This document shows, piece by piece, positions 22,455 to 32,407 of a stretch of DNA of 64,000 nucleotides. Both the position numbers and the translations under genes were made by a program. The notes beneath the pieces are model-generated. The model had not been told where the DNA came from. It did not search any database and worked only from the letters and a program-made list of their open reading frames with translations. The stretch comes from Thainema sp. (GTDB taxonomy: Bacteria > Cyanobacteriota > Cyanobacteriia > Phormidesmidales > Phormidesmidaceae), in the NCBI GenBank assembly GCA_052168235.1, contig JBQLZK010000023.1, positions 1-64,000 of the forward strand, given 5' to 3'. Every line of letters starts with the position of its first letter. The first letter of the stretch is position 1.

Positions 22455-22632
22455 AATGGGTGGATGGGTGAAAGGGTGGATGGGTAGATCAGTGATGATA
22501 TGACAAAGCTATCTAACCCTGTCATCTATTACCCTATTGCTCTGTTACCCATCTACCCATCCACCCATCCACTCCCTTTACAGCCCTTACTCCTTGCTCC
22601 TCACGCCTTACTCATCACTTCCTCATCACTCA
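22455..22632. repeat. Short tandem repeats (8-mer ACCCATCC type and 7-mer types)
   Basis: gggtggatgggtg..., acccatct-acccatcc-acccatcc, cttactc/ctcatca units. Confidence 0.65.
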
Positions 22633-22638
22633 CCACTT

Positions 22639-22866
22639 CTACTGGGGCGTGCGCTGTAAACTCGGCTGTTCCTCTGGCAAAATCGCACCCTCGACGGGGC
22701 AGACTTGCAGACAGATGCCGCAGTCAATGCAGGTGGCAAAATCAATCCAGTACCAGTCCGTTCCTTTTTGATTTTTGCCAGGGCCTTCATGAATGCACGC
22801 CACTGGACAAGCATCTACGCAATCTGCAACCCCTTCACAGGTGTCGGTCACAATCGTATGCGGCAC
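22639..22866 (-). CDS. Bacterial-type 4Fe-4S dicluster ferredoxin
   Basis: CEGVADCVDACP and CIDCGICLQVCP. Confidence 0.93.
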   Translation of the reverse strand: MPHTIVTDTCEGVADCVDACPVACIHEGPGKNQKGTDWYWIDFATCIDCGICLQVCPVEGAILPEEQPSLQRTPQ

Positions 22867-22983
22867 AGTATTTTTCCTCTCTCAATCGGTATTGAATCAC
22901 GCTTTTCTAAGCTAACTCAATTCCTATGTAGTTTGAAGCGTCGATCACGCCATCAATCCAGCTTCTGTCAATTTCTACCCGTT

Positions 22984-24225
22984 TTATACGGTCAGGCTTT
23001 CAACCTCTGGAGGAGTTTCGGCTGAGATCCAGGCAATTTGGCCAATATTGCGATCGCGGGCATACTGCCGCACGTCGTCCATCTCTATTGATTCATCTAA
23101 GAACAGTTCGACGCGCGCCTCTACCGCTGACCGACGCAGTTTCTGGGCATAGGTAAACGCCTTTGCCTGGGCTTGAGGCTCTTGAGCGACAACTAACCAA
23201 TCGCTGCGCGGCGTTTGGCTGGGTAACAGACCCATCGGCAGCAAGGTTTGATGAATATCTTCGATGTTGAGACAGAAGCCGATCCCTGGAATCTCAGTCT
23301 CTTCATCGGGATGATACAGTCCCAGCAGTTTGTCATAGCGTCCGCCCTGACCCAGCACCCGCTGACCGCTCAGCGTGGGGCTAACCACTTCAAAAGTGAG
23401 ACCCGTATAGTAGCTGAAGTTACGAATCAGGCTCAAATCCAAGACAAACTTGGGAATGGTGGGTGATTCGCTGCTGGCGAGGTTCTCATGCAGCAAATCC
23501 ACTAGCGACTTGAGCTGGTTGACGGCTGTTCGCTGCGGCTCGTTCAGGTCAAGTGCCGATACCTGCTGCAGGACATCGGCAGGCTGTCCCCGCAAATCCA
23601 TTAAGAACAGCGCTCGTTCTTGGAGTTCAGGCGACAGGGGTAACTGTTCTAGTCGCAGCCGATCGAGATTTGCGATCGCAGCCTGCACCCGATCTCGAAT
23701 CTCTTCCGGAAAAGGCGACAGCAACGACTGGGTCAGGCTGGCTTCACCCAAAATCAGCGACCAGTGCTGCAAACCAACCCGGTTTAGGCTATCGGTTAAT
23801 AGCAGCAGGATCTCCGCGTCAGCCAAGACGCCACCGCTACCCAGCAGCTCAACCCCTGTCTGGTAAAACTCATACTGACTGCTGTGACTGCCTTTAGCCG
23901 CTTGGCGAAAGATATTTGCGCTGTAGTAGAGCCGTTGAGGAAACGGTGATCCGGCCATGCGGGTGACTGCCGCACGGGCAATTGACGCCGTCAGCTCTGG
24001 CCGCAGCCCCAGCCGATCGTCATCCAGGCTTTGCAGTTGGATGACGGTGGCGCTGTCGATTGCTCCACCCGCCATCAACGTACTCAGCCGCTCTACGGTT
24101 GAGGTAATAATCCGGTGATAGCCCCAACTGTGAAACCCTTCTTGCAGGCGCTTCTCAATCCAGCGTTTCTGGGCAACGTCGATAGGAAGCAGATCGCGTG
24201 CTCCCGTTGGAGGCTGATAAACCAT
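22984..24225 (-). CDS. hisZ: ATP phosphoribosyltransferase regulatory subunit HisZ
   Basis: PPTGARDLLP, LRPELTASIAR, EFYQTGVELLG, YYTGLTFE, GGRYD. Confidence 0.93.
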   Translation of the reverse strand: MVYQPPTGARDLLPIDVAQKRWIEKRLQEGFHSWGYHRIITSTVERLSTLMAGGAIDSATVIQLQSLDDDRLGLRPELTASIARAAVTRMAGSPFPQRLYYSANIFRQAAKGSHSSQYEFYQTGVELLGSGGVLADAEILLLLTDSLNRVGLQHWSLILGEASLTQSLLSPFPEEIRDRVQAAIANLDRLRLEQLPLSPELQERALFLMDLRGQPADVLQQVSALDLNEPQRTAVNQLKSLVDLLHENLASSESPTIPKFVLDLSLIRNFSYYTGLTFEVVSPTLSGQRVLGQGGRYDKLLGLYHPDEETEIPGIGFCLNIEDIHQTLLPMGLLPSQTPRSDWLVVAQEPQAQAKAFTYAQKLRRSAVEARVELFLDESIEMDDVRQYARDRNIGQIAWISAETPPEVESLTV

Positions 24226-25187
24226 TATTTCTTCTTACCGCCAAACAATCCGAATAAACCACCTTTGGATTTTTCTTGAGCGCTAGATTTTTGAGCCGTA
24301 GCTTGGCTCTGCTTCTTACTAGCCTGCTCAAGCAATTTCTTCCCTTCCAAGGCTAGCTGATTTTGGGGGTCATACTCTAGTGCTTTGCCGAAATGAATTT
24401 TAGCCATTGTGCCCTGCTTGGATTTTAGATAGACCTGGCCCAGGCGAGCATGACAATCGGCGCTGCGAGGATTCGTTTGTAAGGCTTCACGCAGTTCTCG
24501 AACGGCGCTTGTGTAGTCTTTACGCAGCTCAAAGTCTTCAGCTCGCCGAACATATTGCTCCAGCAGCGTCACAGAGCGAATCGGTTCCGATGGTTGACCC
24601 GCTTGAGGTTTATACGCTTTGGCTTTTTCACCTTTGGTCGCCTTGGCACTAGCAGCAGGTTTGGCAGACGGAGCGCTTTCAGGCTGATTTGCCTTAGCCT
24701 CCATCTTGCCGCCTGCAGTCCGCATTAGGTAGACCAGATTTAATTCGCTAATTTGGCCTGTGATTTCGAGGACGCGGTCTAATGACTCGTACTGAGCGGC
24801 GGATAGAGCCTTCAGCTCAGTTTGGTAAATGTGATCAACATTGGCAGCGGAGGCTAACTTTCGTGCGGCATCGGTGGCAAGCTGAACGGTTTCCCCCTGA
24901 CGCTGAAGCTGTTGGCCTTTGAGCTTCAGTAATACCGAATATTCTGCGACTTCTTTCTCGTTGGACAACATTTCGTAGGCGGGATTGACCAATTTAGAAA
25001 GCAGTTCACTGGCCTTTTGTTTGGCCTCGTCCCCTTCTGAGGCATAGCTATCGGGGTGTAACCGACGCACAATTTTGAGATAGGGTTTGCGCACCTGCTT
25101 GGCATCGCTATTTAAGGGAATGCCCAAAATAGCATGGTGGTCAATCATATCGAGCCTGAACAGTCCTTGATCGATCTGTAGAGTCAT
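24225..25187 (-). CDS. J-domain (DnaJ-like) protein with C-terminal TPR
   Basis: DHHAILGI...RRLHPD...VNPAYEMLS; TPR-like helices; stop overlaps the hisZ start. Confidence 0.88.
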   Translation of the reverse strand: MTLQIDQGLFRLDMIDHHAILGIPLNSDAKQVRKPYLKIVRRLHPDSYASEGDEAKQKASELLSKLVNPAYEMLSNEKEVAEYSVLLKLKGQQLQRQGETVQLATDAARKLASAANVDHIYQTELKALSAAQYESLDRVLEITGQISELNLVYLMRTAGGKMEAKANQPESAPSAKPAASAKATKGEKAKAYKPQAGQPSEPIRSVTLLEQYVRRAEDFELRKDYTSAVRELREALQTNPRSADCHARLGQVYLKSKQGTMAKIHFGKALEYDPQNQLALEGKKLLEQASKKQSQATAQKSSAQEKSKGGLFGLFGGKKK

Positions 25188-25981
25188 GCTGTGCCATCAC
25201 CTCCGAGCCGTTTACGTTTTAGAGCCTTGGTCGGGCCTGCCGGGAATACTCAAACAGTATGCCGTGAGCGTGAGCTTTTCTCTACTATCCAAAGCAACCA
25301 AGGGCTGGCTATCAGTCTTCGCTGTTGAAGATGAACGCTGTAAATCGTGCCTCATGCAACATTCAGCCGGAAGTTCAGCGGCTTTGATAACTGGCGCTGC
25401 CGAGCCGAATATTCCCTAATTGATTTGAGATTTTGGATTTTAGCTGAACGGCTTGCTGGATTTGAGAGGTATAAAAGCTTCATTGGCAACCACTGGTTCG
25501 GACTCATGCACCAGCACTAGCATGGTGTGATGGTGTGAATCTGAAAGACCCAATAGCTGTGCTGAATGGGTTTCCCTGGGGTGACAAGGCTTCTCCTACT
25601 CTAATTTGCCCGAACCGATTTGCGGATTAACAGAGTTTGTTCGCGATATTTCAGTAACAAATCGCAACTGAAGCTGTCGATGAACTGCGATCGCAACACT
25701 GTTCAGATTCTACTGCACAGTTTTCGAGAATGCTCAGAAGTGATATTAAACGCGTGCTACATGATTTCTACGCTGATTGTCAGGCAGTTTAACAAGCGAA
25801 TTACGATAAATTCGGTAGGAGCCGCAGAGCGTTTGTTGCTAAACTCTGATCGATTTGATTGATTGCTGTATCGTTCGCCGTTTAGGGTCAAGACCCTCTA
25901 GAATCACATACAGTGCAGCTTTCTGACTGCACTGGCAAGGTGACTAGATGGCGCTGTAATCATTGCCTTAATCATTGCCCT

Positions 25982-27055
25982 ATGGTCGGAAAACAGATGG
26001 ACACGTCCGAACCCTCCAACTCGTCAAATAACCCTTTAGACGACGAATTAGCACCGCCTGCCGATCCGTCAACACCATCGGTCGATGATGATATCCCGAC
26101 GGCTAAGCGCGAGAGCGCCAGTCCGACAGCGAAGCGTTCAATCGGCTGGCCGTTAATGATCGGGGGGCTAGGTGCGATCGCAATCGGCGGTTTGGCTATT
26201 TTTGGCTTCCAGTCTATCACCGCCTCCAACGGCACTCCCGATCCCGACATGGCCACGAGTGGAGACAGATCAGACGATACAACCGATACAACGGCCTCAG
26301 GGACATCTTCAGATCCCGCGCAGGAAAATAATGTAGATTCCGGTTCCGGCAGCACAACTGAAACCCCCAATCCATCGGCTACGGAAGACACAATTCTGGG
26401 CCACAAAGCCTATGATGAAGCGTCTCAAGCCGACTTGGTGCCGCTGCGATCCAATGGCGGGGTGCTGGTGCATCAGGCGGCGGCTGAGAAATTAGATCAA
26501 ATGATTGCAGCGGCTAATGTAGACGGCGTGAATCTGATGGTCATTTCAGGATTTCGCACCTTTGAAGATCAGCGCTATCTGTTTTTTGATGTTAAGGCGG
26601 AACGCGGCCAAACTTCCCAAGATCGGGCCGAGGTCAGCGCTCCACCGGGCTATAGTGAACATCACACAGGCTATGCGGTTGACTTCGCAGATGGCTATTA
26701 TCCTGACACCGATTTACAAATCGATTTTGAAGATACGCCCGCTTTCCGCTGGTTAGAAGATAATGCTGCCTATTATGGGTTTGAATTATCGTTTCCCCGC
26801 GACAATGAGCAAGGAATTAGTTACGAACCTTGGCACTGGCGCTTTGTGGGTGATCCAGACAGTCTAGAAACCTTCTATAAAGAAACGGTACCTGCGGAGT
26901 CCTCTGGTAATCCGCCCGGCAGCACTGCACCCGAACGTCAGTCTGCACCCTCCGAAGATAGCGAGGCAGATCAGGCAAATGACGACGATCGGGCAGACAG
27001 AGGAACCAACCAGGCTCTGATTCATTTTGGCGATCGCAACTCCCAATCCAACTGA
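25982..27055 (+). CDS. D-alanyl-D-alanine carboxypeptidase (M15B/VanY family), membrane-anchored
   Basis: SGFRT, SAPPGYSEHHTGYAVD, YEPWHWRFVG; TM helix; start uncertain (25913/25982/25997). Confidence 0.9.
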   Translation: MVGKQMDTSEPSNSSNNPLDDELAPPADPSTPSVDDDIPTAKRESASPTAKRSIGWPLMIGGLGAIAIGGLAIFGFQSITASNGTPDPDMATSGDRSDDTTDTTASGTSSDPAQENNVDSGSGSTTETPNPSATEDTILGHKAYDEASQADLVPLRSNGGVLVHQAAAEKLDQMIAAANVDGVNLMVISGFRTFEDQRYLFFDVKAERGQTSQDRAEVSAPPGYSEHHTGYAVDFADGYYPDTDLQIDFEDTPAFRWLEDNAAYYGFELSFPRDNEQGISYEPWHWRFVGDPDSLETFYKETVPAESSGNPPGSTAPERQSAPSEDSEADQANDDDRADRGTNQALIHFGDRNSQSN

Positions 27056-27135
27056 TATAGCGGTTCTAGATAAGAATGAGAGAGGAGAGTGCCTCATTCT
27101 GAGGCACTCTCCTCTCTCGTTTTCTGGAATCACTA
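27056..27135. mobile_element. MITE-like hairpin element, family B copy 1
   Basis: tatagcggttcta...gagagaggagagtgcctca/tgaggcactctcctctctc...ctggaatcacta; inverted homolog at 57380-57472. Confidence 0.75.
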
Positions 27136-27221
27136 GACTTTATCGGAAATTGTTTTGTAGCGCGGCGGAGCCGCGCTACAAAACAATTTCCAACCCCAAA
27201 AACTTTATTGGAAATAAAGTC
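27136..27221. mobile_element. 86-bp MITE-like element, family A copy 2, inserted in the end of the family B element
   Basis: Same sequence as 22342-22427 apart from a few changes; 5-bp direct repeat CACTA at 27131-27135 and 27222-27226. Confidence 0.85.
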
Positions 27222-27275
27222 CACTATAAAACTTATGTTTACCTATCATCGTGCAAGGGCGTTTAACCAGGACGT

Positions 27276-28154
27276 TTAAAGCTGCTGGGCAATTTGCACA
27301 AATCGCTGCACGACGGGAGACGGATCGTGGTGTCGCCAAACCAGTAGAATAGAAGCCTGGGGCGTCTGGGTGTTAATGGAGCGATACTCAACGCCTGTCC
27401 GCTGCAAATTTTGAATCGATGCAGGGACAATCGCGATGCCCATTTCGGCTGCAACTAGGCTGATAATGGTCTGCATCTGGACGGCTTCTTGGGCAACGAC
27501 GGGACTAAAGTTGGCCGTCTGGCACAGGCTAATAATTTGGTCATATAACCCCGGAGCTAGCGGGCGAGGAAAGAGAATGAACGGCTCGGTAGCTAGCGCA
27601 TTGAGAGACACCGTGGTTTGTTTGACAAGCGGATGAGCGGCTGGTAAAGCAACAACGAGGGATTCTTGCAGCAGCAGTAGAGTTTCAAACTGGGCGTTAT
27701 CGACGGGGGGACGCATGAGGCCAACGTCGATTTCACCGTCGCTGAGCTGCTGGATCTGCTGGTCGGTGGTTAATTCCGCCAGGGTCAGCGTGACGCCTGG
27801 GACTTGATTGCGAAAGGTTTGCAAAATCCGGGGCAGTACGTTGTACATGGATGAACTAACGAATCCAATCACTAGCTGCCCAACTTCTCCCCGACTAGCC
27901 AACTGGCCTCGCTGAATGGCCCGATCCAACTGCCGGAAAAGGGGGCGAATTTCATCTAGAAAAATCTGTCCCGCCTCGGTCAGTTGTACAACCCGCTTTG
28001 TGCGATAAAACAGAGCAAATCCTAATTCATCCTCAAGTTGCCGGATTTGCTGACTCAGGGGTGGCTGCGCCATGTGGAGACGTTCGGCAGCCCGGCCAAA
28101 GTGCAGTTCTTCCGCAACGGCAATAAAGTAGCGCAAATGTCGCAGCTCAATCAA
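27276..28154 (-). CDS. LysR-family transcriptional regulator (BenM/CatM/AlsR-like)
   Basis: ELRHLRYFIAVAEELHFGRAAERLHMAQPPLSQQIRQLE. Confidence 0.93.
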   Translation of the reverse strand: MIELRHLRYFIAVAEELHFGRAAERLHMAQPPLSQQIRQLEDELGFALFYRTKRVVQLTEAGQIFLDEIRPLFRQLDRAIQRGQLASRGEVGQLVIGFVSSSMYNVLPRILQTFRNQVPGVTLTLAELTTDQQIQQLSDGEIDVGLMRPPVDNAQFETLLLLQESLVVALPAAHPLVKQTTVSLNALATEPFILFPRPLAPGLYDQIISLCQTANFSPVVAQEAVQMQTIISLVAAEMGIAIVPASIQNLQRTGVEYRSINTQTPQASILLVWRHHDPSPVVQRFVQIAQQL

Positions 28155-28296
28155 AGTTAGTGGTTTAAACCTCCTTCATTTCTCTAATTTCTATCTTTTG
28201 TTAGTGGCGTTAATTGGACGTTTTGAGGTTAGATGCGATCGCACTTGCTCGCTCTCAATGCAGCTTACAAATTAAACCTTCATTCCACAACGATCT

Positions 28297-29097
28297 ATGA
28301 AACCCTTGGATGGACAAATTGCCCTCGTTACAGGCGCTAGCTCTGGTATTGGTATGGCGGTGGCCGTAGCACTAGCGGAAGCAGGTGCAAAAGTTGGCGT
28401 CAACTATTACAAAGGTGAGGAGAGCGCCAATCAGGTCGTACAGCAAATTCAAAACCAGGCCGGTGATGCGATCGCGATTCAAGGAGATGTCAGCCAGGAA
28501 GAAGACGTCCTACGCATCTTTCAAACTATGAAAGATCAGTATGGCACAATTGACATCTTGGTCAACAATGCTGGCATCCAAAAAGATAAACCATTCATCG
28601 AGATGACTATTGATGATTGGAACAAGGTAATTGGCATTAATTTGACGGGGCAATTTTTGTGCGCTCGCGAGGCGATCAAAGAGTTTCTACAGCGGGGCGT
28701 TGTGCCCGAACGTTCCTGTGCGGCGGGCAAAATTATTTGCATGAGTTCGGTGCATGAGGAAATCCCCTGGGCGGGACACGTTAACTATGCCGCATCCAAG
28801 GGCGGCATCAAAATGATGATGGAAAGTATTGCGCAGGAATACGCGGCTCAGAAAATTCGCGTTAATAGCATTGCGCCAGGTGCCATTAAAACTCCAATTA
28901 ATCAGGATGCTTGGGATACACCGGCAGCGAAAGAGAAACTACTACAGGTGATTCCTTATCAGCGGATCGGGGCTCCAGAAGATATTGGCCAAGCAACCGT
29001 TTGGCTGGCATCTGATGCATCAGACTACGTCACTGGCACAACGCTTTATGTTGACGGTGGTATGACGCTTTATCCCGGTTTCACTACGAACGGTTAA
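28297..29097 (+). CDS. SDR oxidoreductase, glucose 1-dehydrogenase-like
   Basis: TGASSGIG, NNAG, SSVHEEIPW, YAASK, DGGMTLYP. Confidence 0.9.
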   Translation: MKPLDGQIALVTGASSGIGMAVAVALAEAGAKVGVNYYKGEESANQVVQQIQNQAGDAIAIQGDVSQEEDVLRIFQTMKDQYGTIDILVNNAGIQKDKPFIEMTIDDWNKVIGINLTGQFLCAREAIKEFLQRGVVPERSCAAGKIICMSSVHEEIPWAGHVNYAASKGGIKMMMESIAQEYAAQKIRVNSIAPGAIKTPINQDAWDTPAAKEKLLQVIPYQRIGAPEDIGQATVWLASDASDYVTGTTLYVDGGMTLYPGFTTNG

Positions 29098-29256
29098 TCG
29101 GACATACAGTTTTGATCTATCCCGATTTGATCAATACCGAAAATAGTGCCTTGTCCCTACGAAAACCGTTCCTTACATGTGCAATGCCCAATCCTCAGTA
29201 CTGACCTCATCTGTAGCGCTCAATCTGTAGCGCTAACTTTGAGAACTGGTATTTTG

Positions 29257-30573
29257 CTACCACTCCCGAAGTGCGATCGCAACTCCCTGACCCAGCGCGC
29301 TGTTCTCATCCAACTGCTGCTGAAGTTCCTGCAATCGTGTAAAAGCGGCATTGGGATTGAGCTGCTTTAAAGCTGCGATCGCATGAAAGCGCACGGCTGA
29401 ATTGGTATCGGCCAGAAGCTGAATCAGTGGTTCCAGTGCTGTATCTTGGTCAAGCTGTCCTAAACCCAGAGCTGCCGCCTGCCGCACCGTATCGGAAAAA
29501 GACGGGTGAGTCATGGCGTGGGCTAGCAGTGGAGCGGCCTGCGATCGCAGGTCAGTATCCTGAATTTGACTCAGCCCCCGCACGATTTCGACCTGTACGT
29601 CGTCCTGCTCTAGCTTCAAGCCCTCAGCTAGCCCGTCTAGTGCCGTCTGCGATTCAATCCAGCTCAAGGTACGGGCCGCATTCACCCGCAGCGGCATCGG
29701 CGTATTGGGTGAATGCAGCACCTGCTGGAGAGCTTTTGCTGCCGCATCTGTGCCTAAGCGTCCCAGCGCAACCATCGCCTGACCGCACACGTCCAGGTTC
29801 AGATCCAGCAAGCAGGGCTGAATGTGAGCCACCAAGTCAATCTCGTTCAGCAAATCGCGTCGCCGACTCAGTCCAACCAGCGCTTCTCGCCGCACGGTGG
29901 ATGCCGTATCCGCCAGCCCCTTCAGCAACACGGGTGTCACCGCCGGATGGTGGAAACTGCCCAGTGCTTCAACTGTGATCGCACGAATTTGGGGCTGAGG
30001 TGAGTCCACAACCCGCAGCAGCGGCTCAATTGTTTCCACGGTGCGGATTTGTGACAGTGCCTGTACGGCTGACAACTGCACGTCAGGATGATCCAGTAGA
30101 TCCGCTAACGACTGAATGGCCGTGGAGCCGAGATTCGCTAAAGCCGAAGCAGCGATGGCCTGAAGTTCGTCATCCTCCGCTGTTTGTAGCAGTTCCGCCA
30201 GCACAAGAACGACTTCTGGCGCGTTGAAGTCACCCAGCAATCGCGCGGCAAACCAGCGCACTTCATCATCACAGTCTTCGTCTTGCACCAGGTCAATTAA
30301 AGGTGCGATCGCAGCGTTACCAAACTTCGGCACTAGTTTGGCGGCATCCCATCGGGACTGAAAATCCCCGTCAACTAAGCTTTGGATGGCTAAATCTAAC
30401 GCGGTTTGGGTGTCGGCATCTTCGGCAGTCTCGCTATCGGGATTGGTGGGTTCAGGGGATGCAGACTCTCGCCCCGACCGATCGGGAGCGATGAAGCGTT
30501 CTAAATACTGATTGACCAACGACCAGTCCTGCTGCTGAGCCGCGGCTTGAGCCTGCTGCAATCCATCAACCAT
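29257..30573 (-). CDS. HEAT-repeat (PBS lyase-like) protein
   Basis: Multiple repeats such as VRWFAARLLG, IRAITVEALG, VRQAAALGLG, VRFHAIAALK. Confidence 0.88.
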   Translation of the reverse strand: MVDGLQQAQAAAQQQDWSLVNQYLERFIAPDRSGRESASPEPTNPDSETAEDADTQTALDLAIQSLVDGDFQSRWDAAKLVPKFGNAAIAPLIDLVQDEDCDDEVRWFAARLLGDFNAPEVVLVLAELLQTAEDDELQAIAASALANLGSTAIQSLADLLDHPDVQLSAVQALSQIRTVETIEPLLRVVDSPQPQIRAITVEALGSFHHPAVTPVLLKGLADTASTVRREALVGLSRRRDLLNEIDLVAHIQPCLLDLNLDVCGQAMVALGRLGTDAAAKALQQVLHSPNTPMPLRVNAARTLSWIESQTALDGLAEGLKLEQDDVQVEIVRGLSQIQDTDLRSQAAPLLAHAMTHPSFSDTVRQAAALGLGQLDQDTALEPLIQLLADTNSAVRFHAIAALKQLNPNAAFTRLQELQQQLDENSALGQGVAIALREW

Positions 30574-30918
30574 GCAAGATTCACCTAAACCAAGAGCGCT
30601 CTTTATTTAATCCTATGACATTTGACTGGTACTTGATGTAAAAACTGCATAAAAGTAATGTTTTTAGTGCAACTAAATTGACCAGATTGCGAAATTTAAT
30701 CGAAATCATATTTCAGTTTTTTGTGCAGTTGAAATTTTGATTCCATAACAACGAATTTCAGGATAATCACTAACTCAGCGAGGGTGAATACTATTTGCTA
30801 GAAGGAAATCTTGGTGGAGATACTTCTCATTTAGGATTTAGGTTTCGCAGTAGCTTGTTTGCAATGATTAGTCCAATCATTGCTTTTATTTCCCCCAAAA
30901 TCGGTTGTTTGTAAAACG

Positions 30919-30950
30919 AATTATTTTGTATATAGAGCTACAAAATAATT
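30919..30950. promoter_or_regulatory. NtcA-type site GTA-N8-TAC within a 12-bp perfect inverted repeat
   Basis: aattattttGTA-tatagagc-TACaaaataatt, between the divergent HEAT and globin genes; no canonical -10 seen 22 bp away. Confidence 0.65.
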
Positions 30951-31321
30951 TGCGATCGCGAATTTTATGCGATACCTGCATGAAGAATGTGCATTTTTTG
31001 CAAAACCCTATTTTTTTTGTACTTAACTATACGAAAGGTACTGAATTACTTTTATAACCTTATTGGTGTAATAACTCCCAAGAGCTACTAAACAGATAGT
31101 GTGAGCAGTTGGCGCATTCGCCAGTTGCAGCTACTTTCAGTTGGCGGCGCAATTTGACGTGGGAATTTTACTTGAAAATCAAGAGGTAGTATGAGTGCCT
31201 TCCTGTGTTCTTAGTGTCAGCTAACACTGTATCTATTCAAGGCAAAATCAGAACTGCGAAATAGAAATAATTGCTTTTTGCAGATTTCCGTTGTTAATGA
31301 TTAAGGGGAGCGGTCTCACTG

Positions 31322-32389
31322 ATGACTACAAAAACGGGGTTACAGATAGAGCTGCTAGAGCAGAGTTTCGAAAAAATTAAGCCTCAAGCGAACGATTTTG
31401 TGACTAGTTTCTACGATAATCTCTTCACGGATTATCCAGCCGCAAAGCCGCTATTTGCTCATACAAATATGTCTGAGCAAGGTAATAAATTGCTGATGTC
31501 TTTGGTGCTAGTCGTTGAAAATTTGCGTAAGCCAGAAGTACTGAGCAATACCCTAAAAGGTTTGGGCGCACGCCATGTTAAATATGGTGCGCTGCCAGAA
31601 CATTATCCGTTAGTTGGCAACACGTTGCTAAAAACGTTCGAACAGTATCTGAGTGAGGATTGGACACCTGAAACCAAGCAGGCTTGGGTGGATGCCTACG
31701 GTGCCATCACCGAAATCATGCTGGATGGAGCTGATTATTCCCAAGTTGAGGTGGATTTGGCCTCTGCGCCTGCACCTGCTGTGCCCGCAACGGATACTGA
31801 AACGGGACTGAAGGTGGAACTGCTAGAACAGAGCTTTGAGAAAGTGAAGCCGCAAGCTAATGCGTTTATTACTAGCTTCTACGACAATCTGTTCATCGAC
31901 TATCCAGCCGCGAAGCCGTTGTTCGCCCATACCAACATGGCGGAGCAGGGCAATAAGCTCTTGGCCTCTTTAGTTCTAGTTGTAGAAAACTTGCGCAAGC
32001 CGGACGTACTGAGTGGCAGCCTGAGAGGTTTGGGTGCTCGTCATGTCAAATATGGCGCACTGCCAGAGCACTACCCGCTCGTCGGCAATACGCTGCTGAA
32101 AACTTTTGAGCAGTATCTGGGTGAAGACTGGACACCTGCTACCAAGCAGGCTTGGACAGATGCCTATGGAGCGATTACCGAAATTATGCTTGATGGTGCC
32201 GATTACTCTCAGGCGGATGTCCAGCTTGATTCGGTTGATCCTGCTTCTGTTGCAGCGGCAATGCCGACTGTTCCAGACGCATCACCAGCCGAACCAGCCA
32301 GCGAAGCTGCACCGATGAGTAGCAAAAAACTGGCTGCCTTTGGTGCCGGAGCACTGGGCATTATCGTTCTACTCATTCTCTTTTTGTAG
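31322..32389 (+). CDS. Tandem two-domain globin (flavohaemoglobin/Vgb-type) with C-terminal membrane anchor
   Basis: Two near-identical domains: SFY (B10 Tyr), PLF (CD1), EQ (E7), GARH (F8 His), HYPLVG, AW..AY; hydrophobic C-terminal tail; no reductase domain. Confidence 0.92.
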   Translation: MTTKTGLQIELLEQSFEKIKPQANDFVTSFYDNLFTDYPAAKPLFAHTNMSEQGNKLLMSLVLVVENLRKPEVLSNTLKGLGARHVKYGALPEHYPLVGNTLLKTFEQYLSEDWTPETKQAWVDAYGAITEIMLDGADYSQVEVDLASAPAPAVPATDTETGLKVELLEQSFEKVKPQANAFITSFYDNLFIDYPAAKPLFAHTNMAEQGNKLLASLVLVVENLRKPDVLSGSLRGLGARHVKYGALPEHYPLVGNTLLKTFEQYLGEDWTPATKQAWTDAYGAITEIMLDGADYSQADVQLDSVDPASVAAAMPTVPDASPAEPASEAAPMSSKKLAAFGAGALGIIVLLILFL

Positions 32390-32407
32390 ACATCTTGGGG
32401 AGCTGTC

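Noticed and set aside
25190..25910. Long spacer as an ncRNA or small gene
   Set aside because: No recognisable RNA family, structure or convincing ORF
22342..27221. Repeated palindromes as a CRISPR array
   Set aside because: Only two dispersed copies, with TIRs and TSDs; no repeat-spacer periodicity and no cas genes
27276..28154. LysR gene as ntcB, given the nearby NtcA-type site
   Set aside because: The N-terminus is of the BenM/CatM/AlsR type, and it is divergent from an SDR gene, the likelier target
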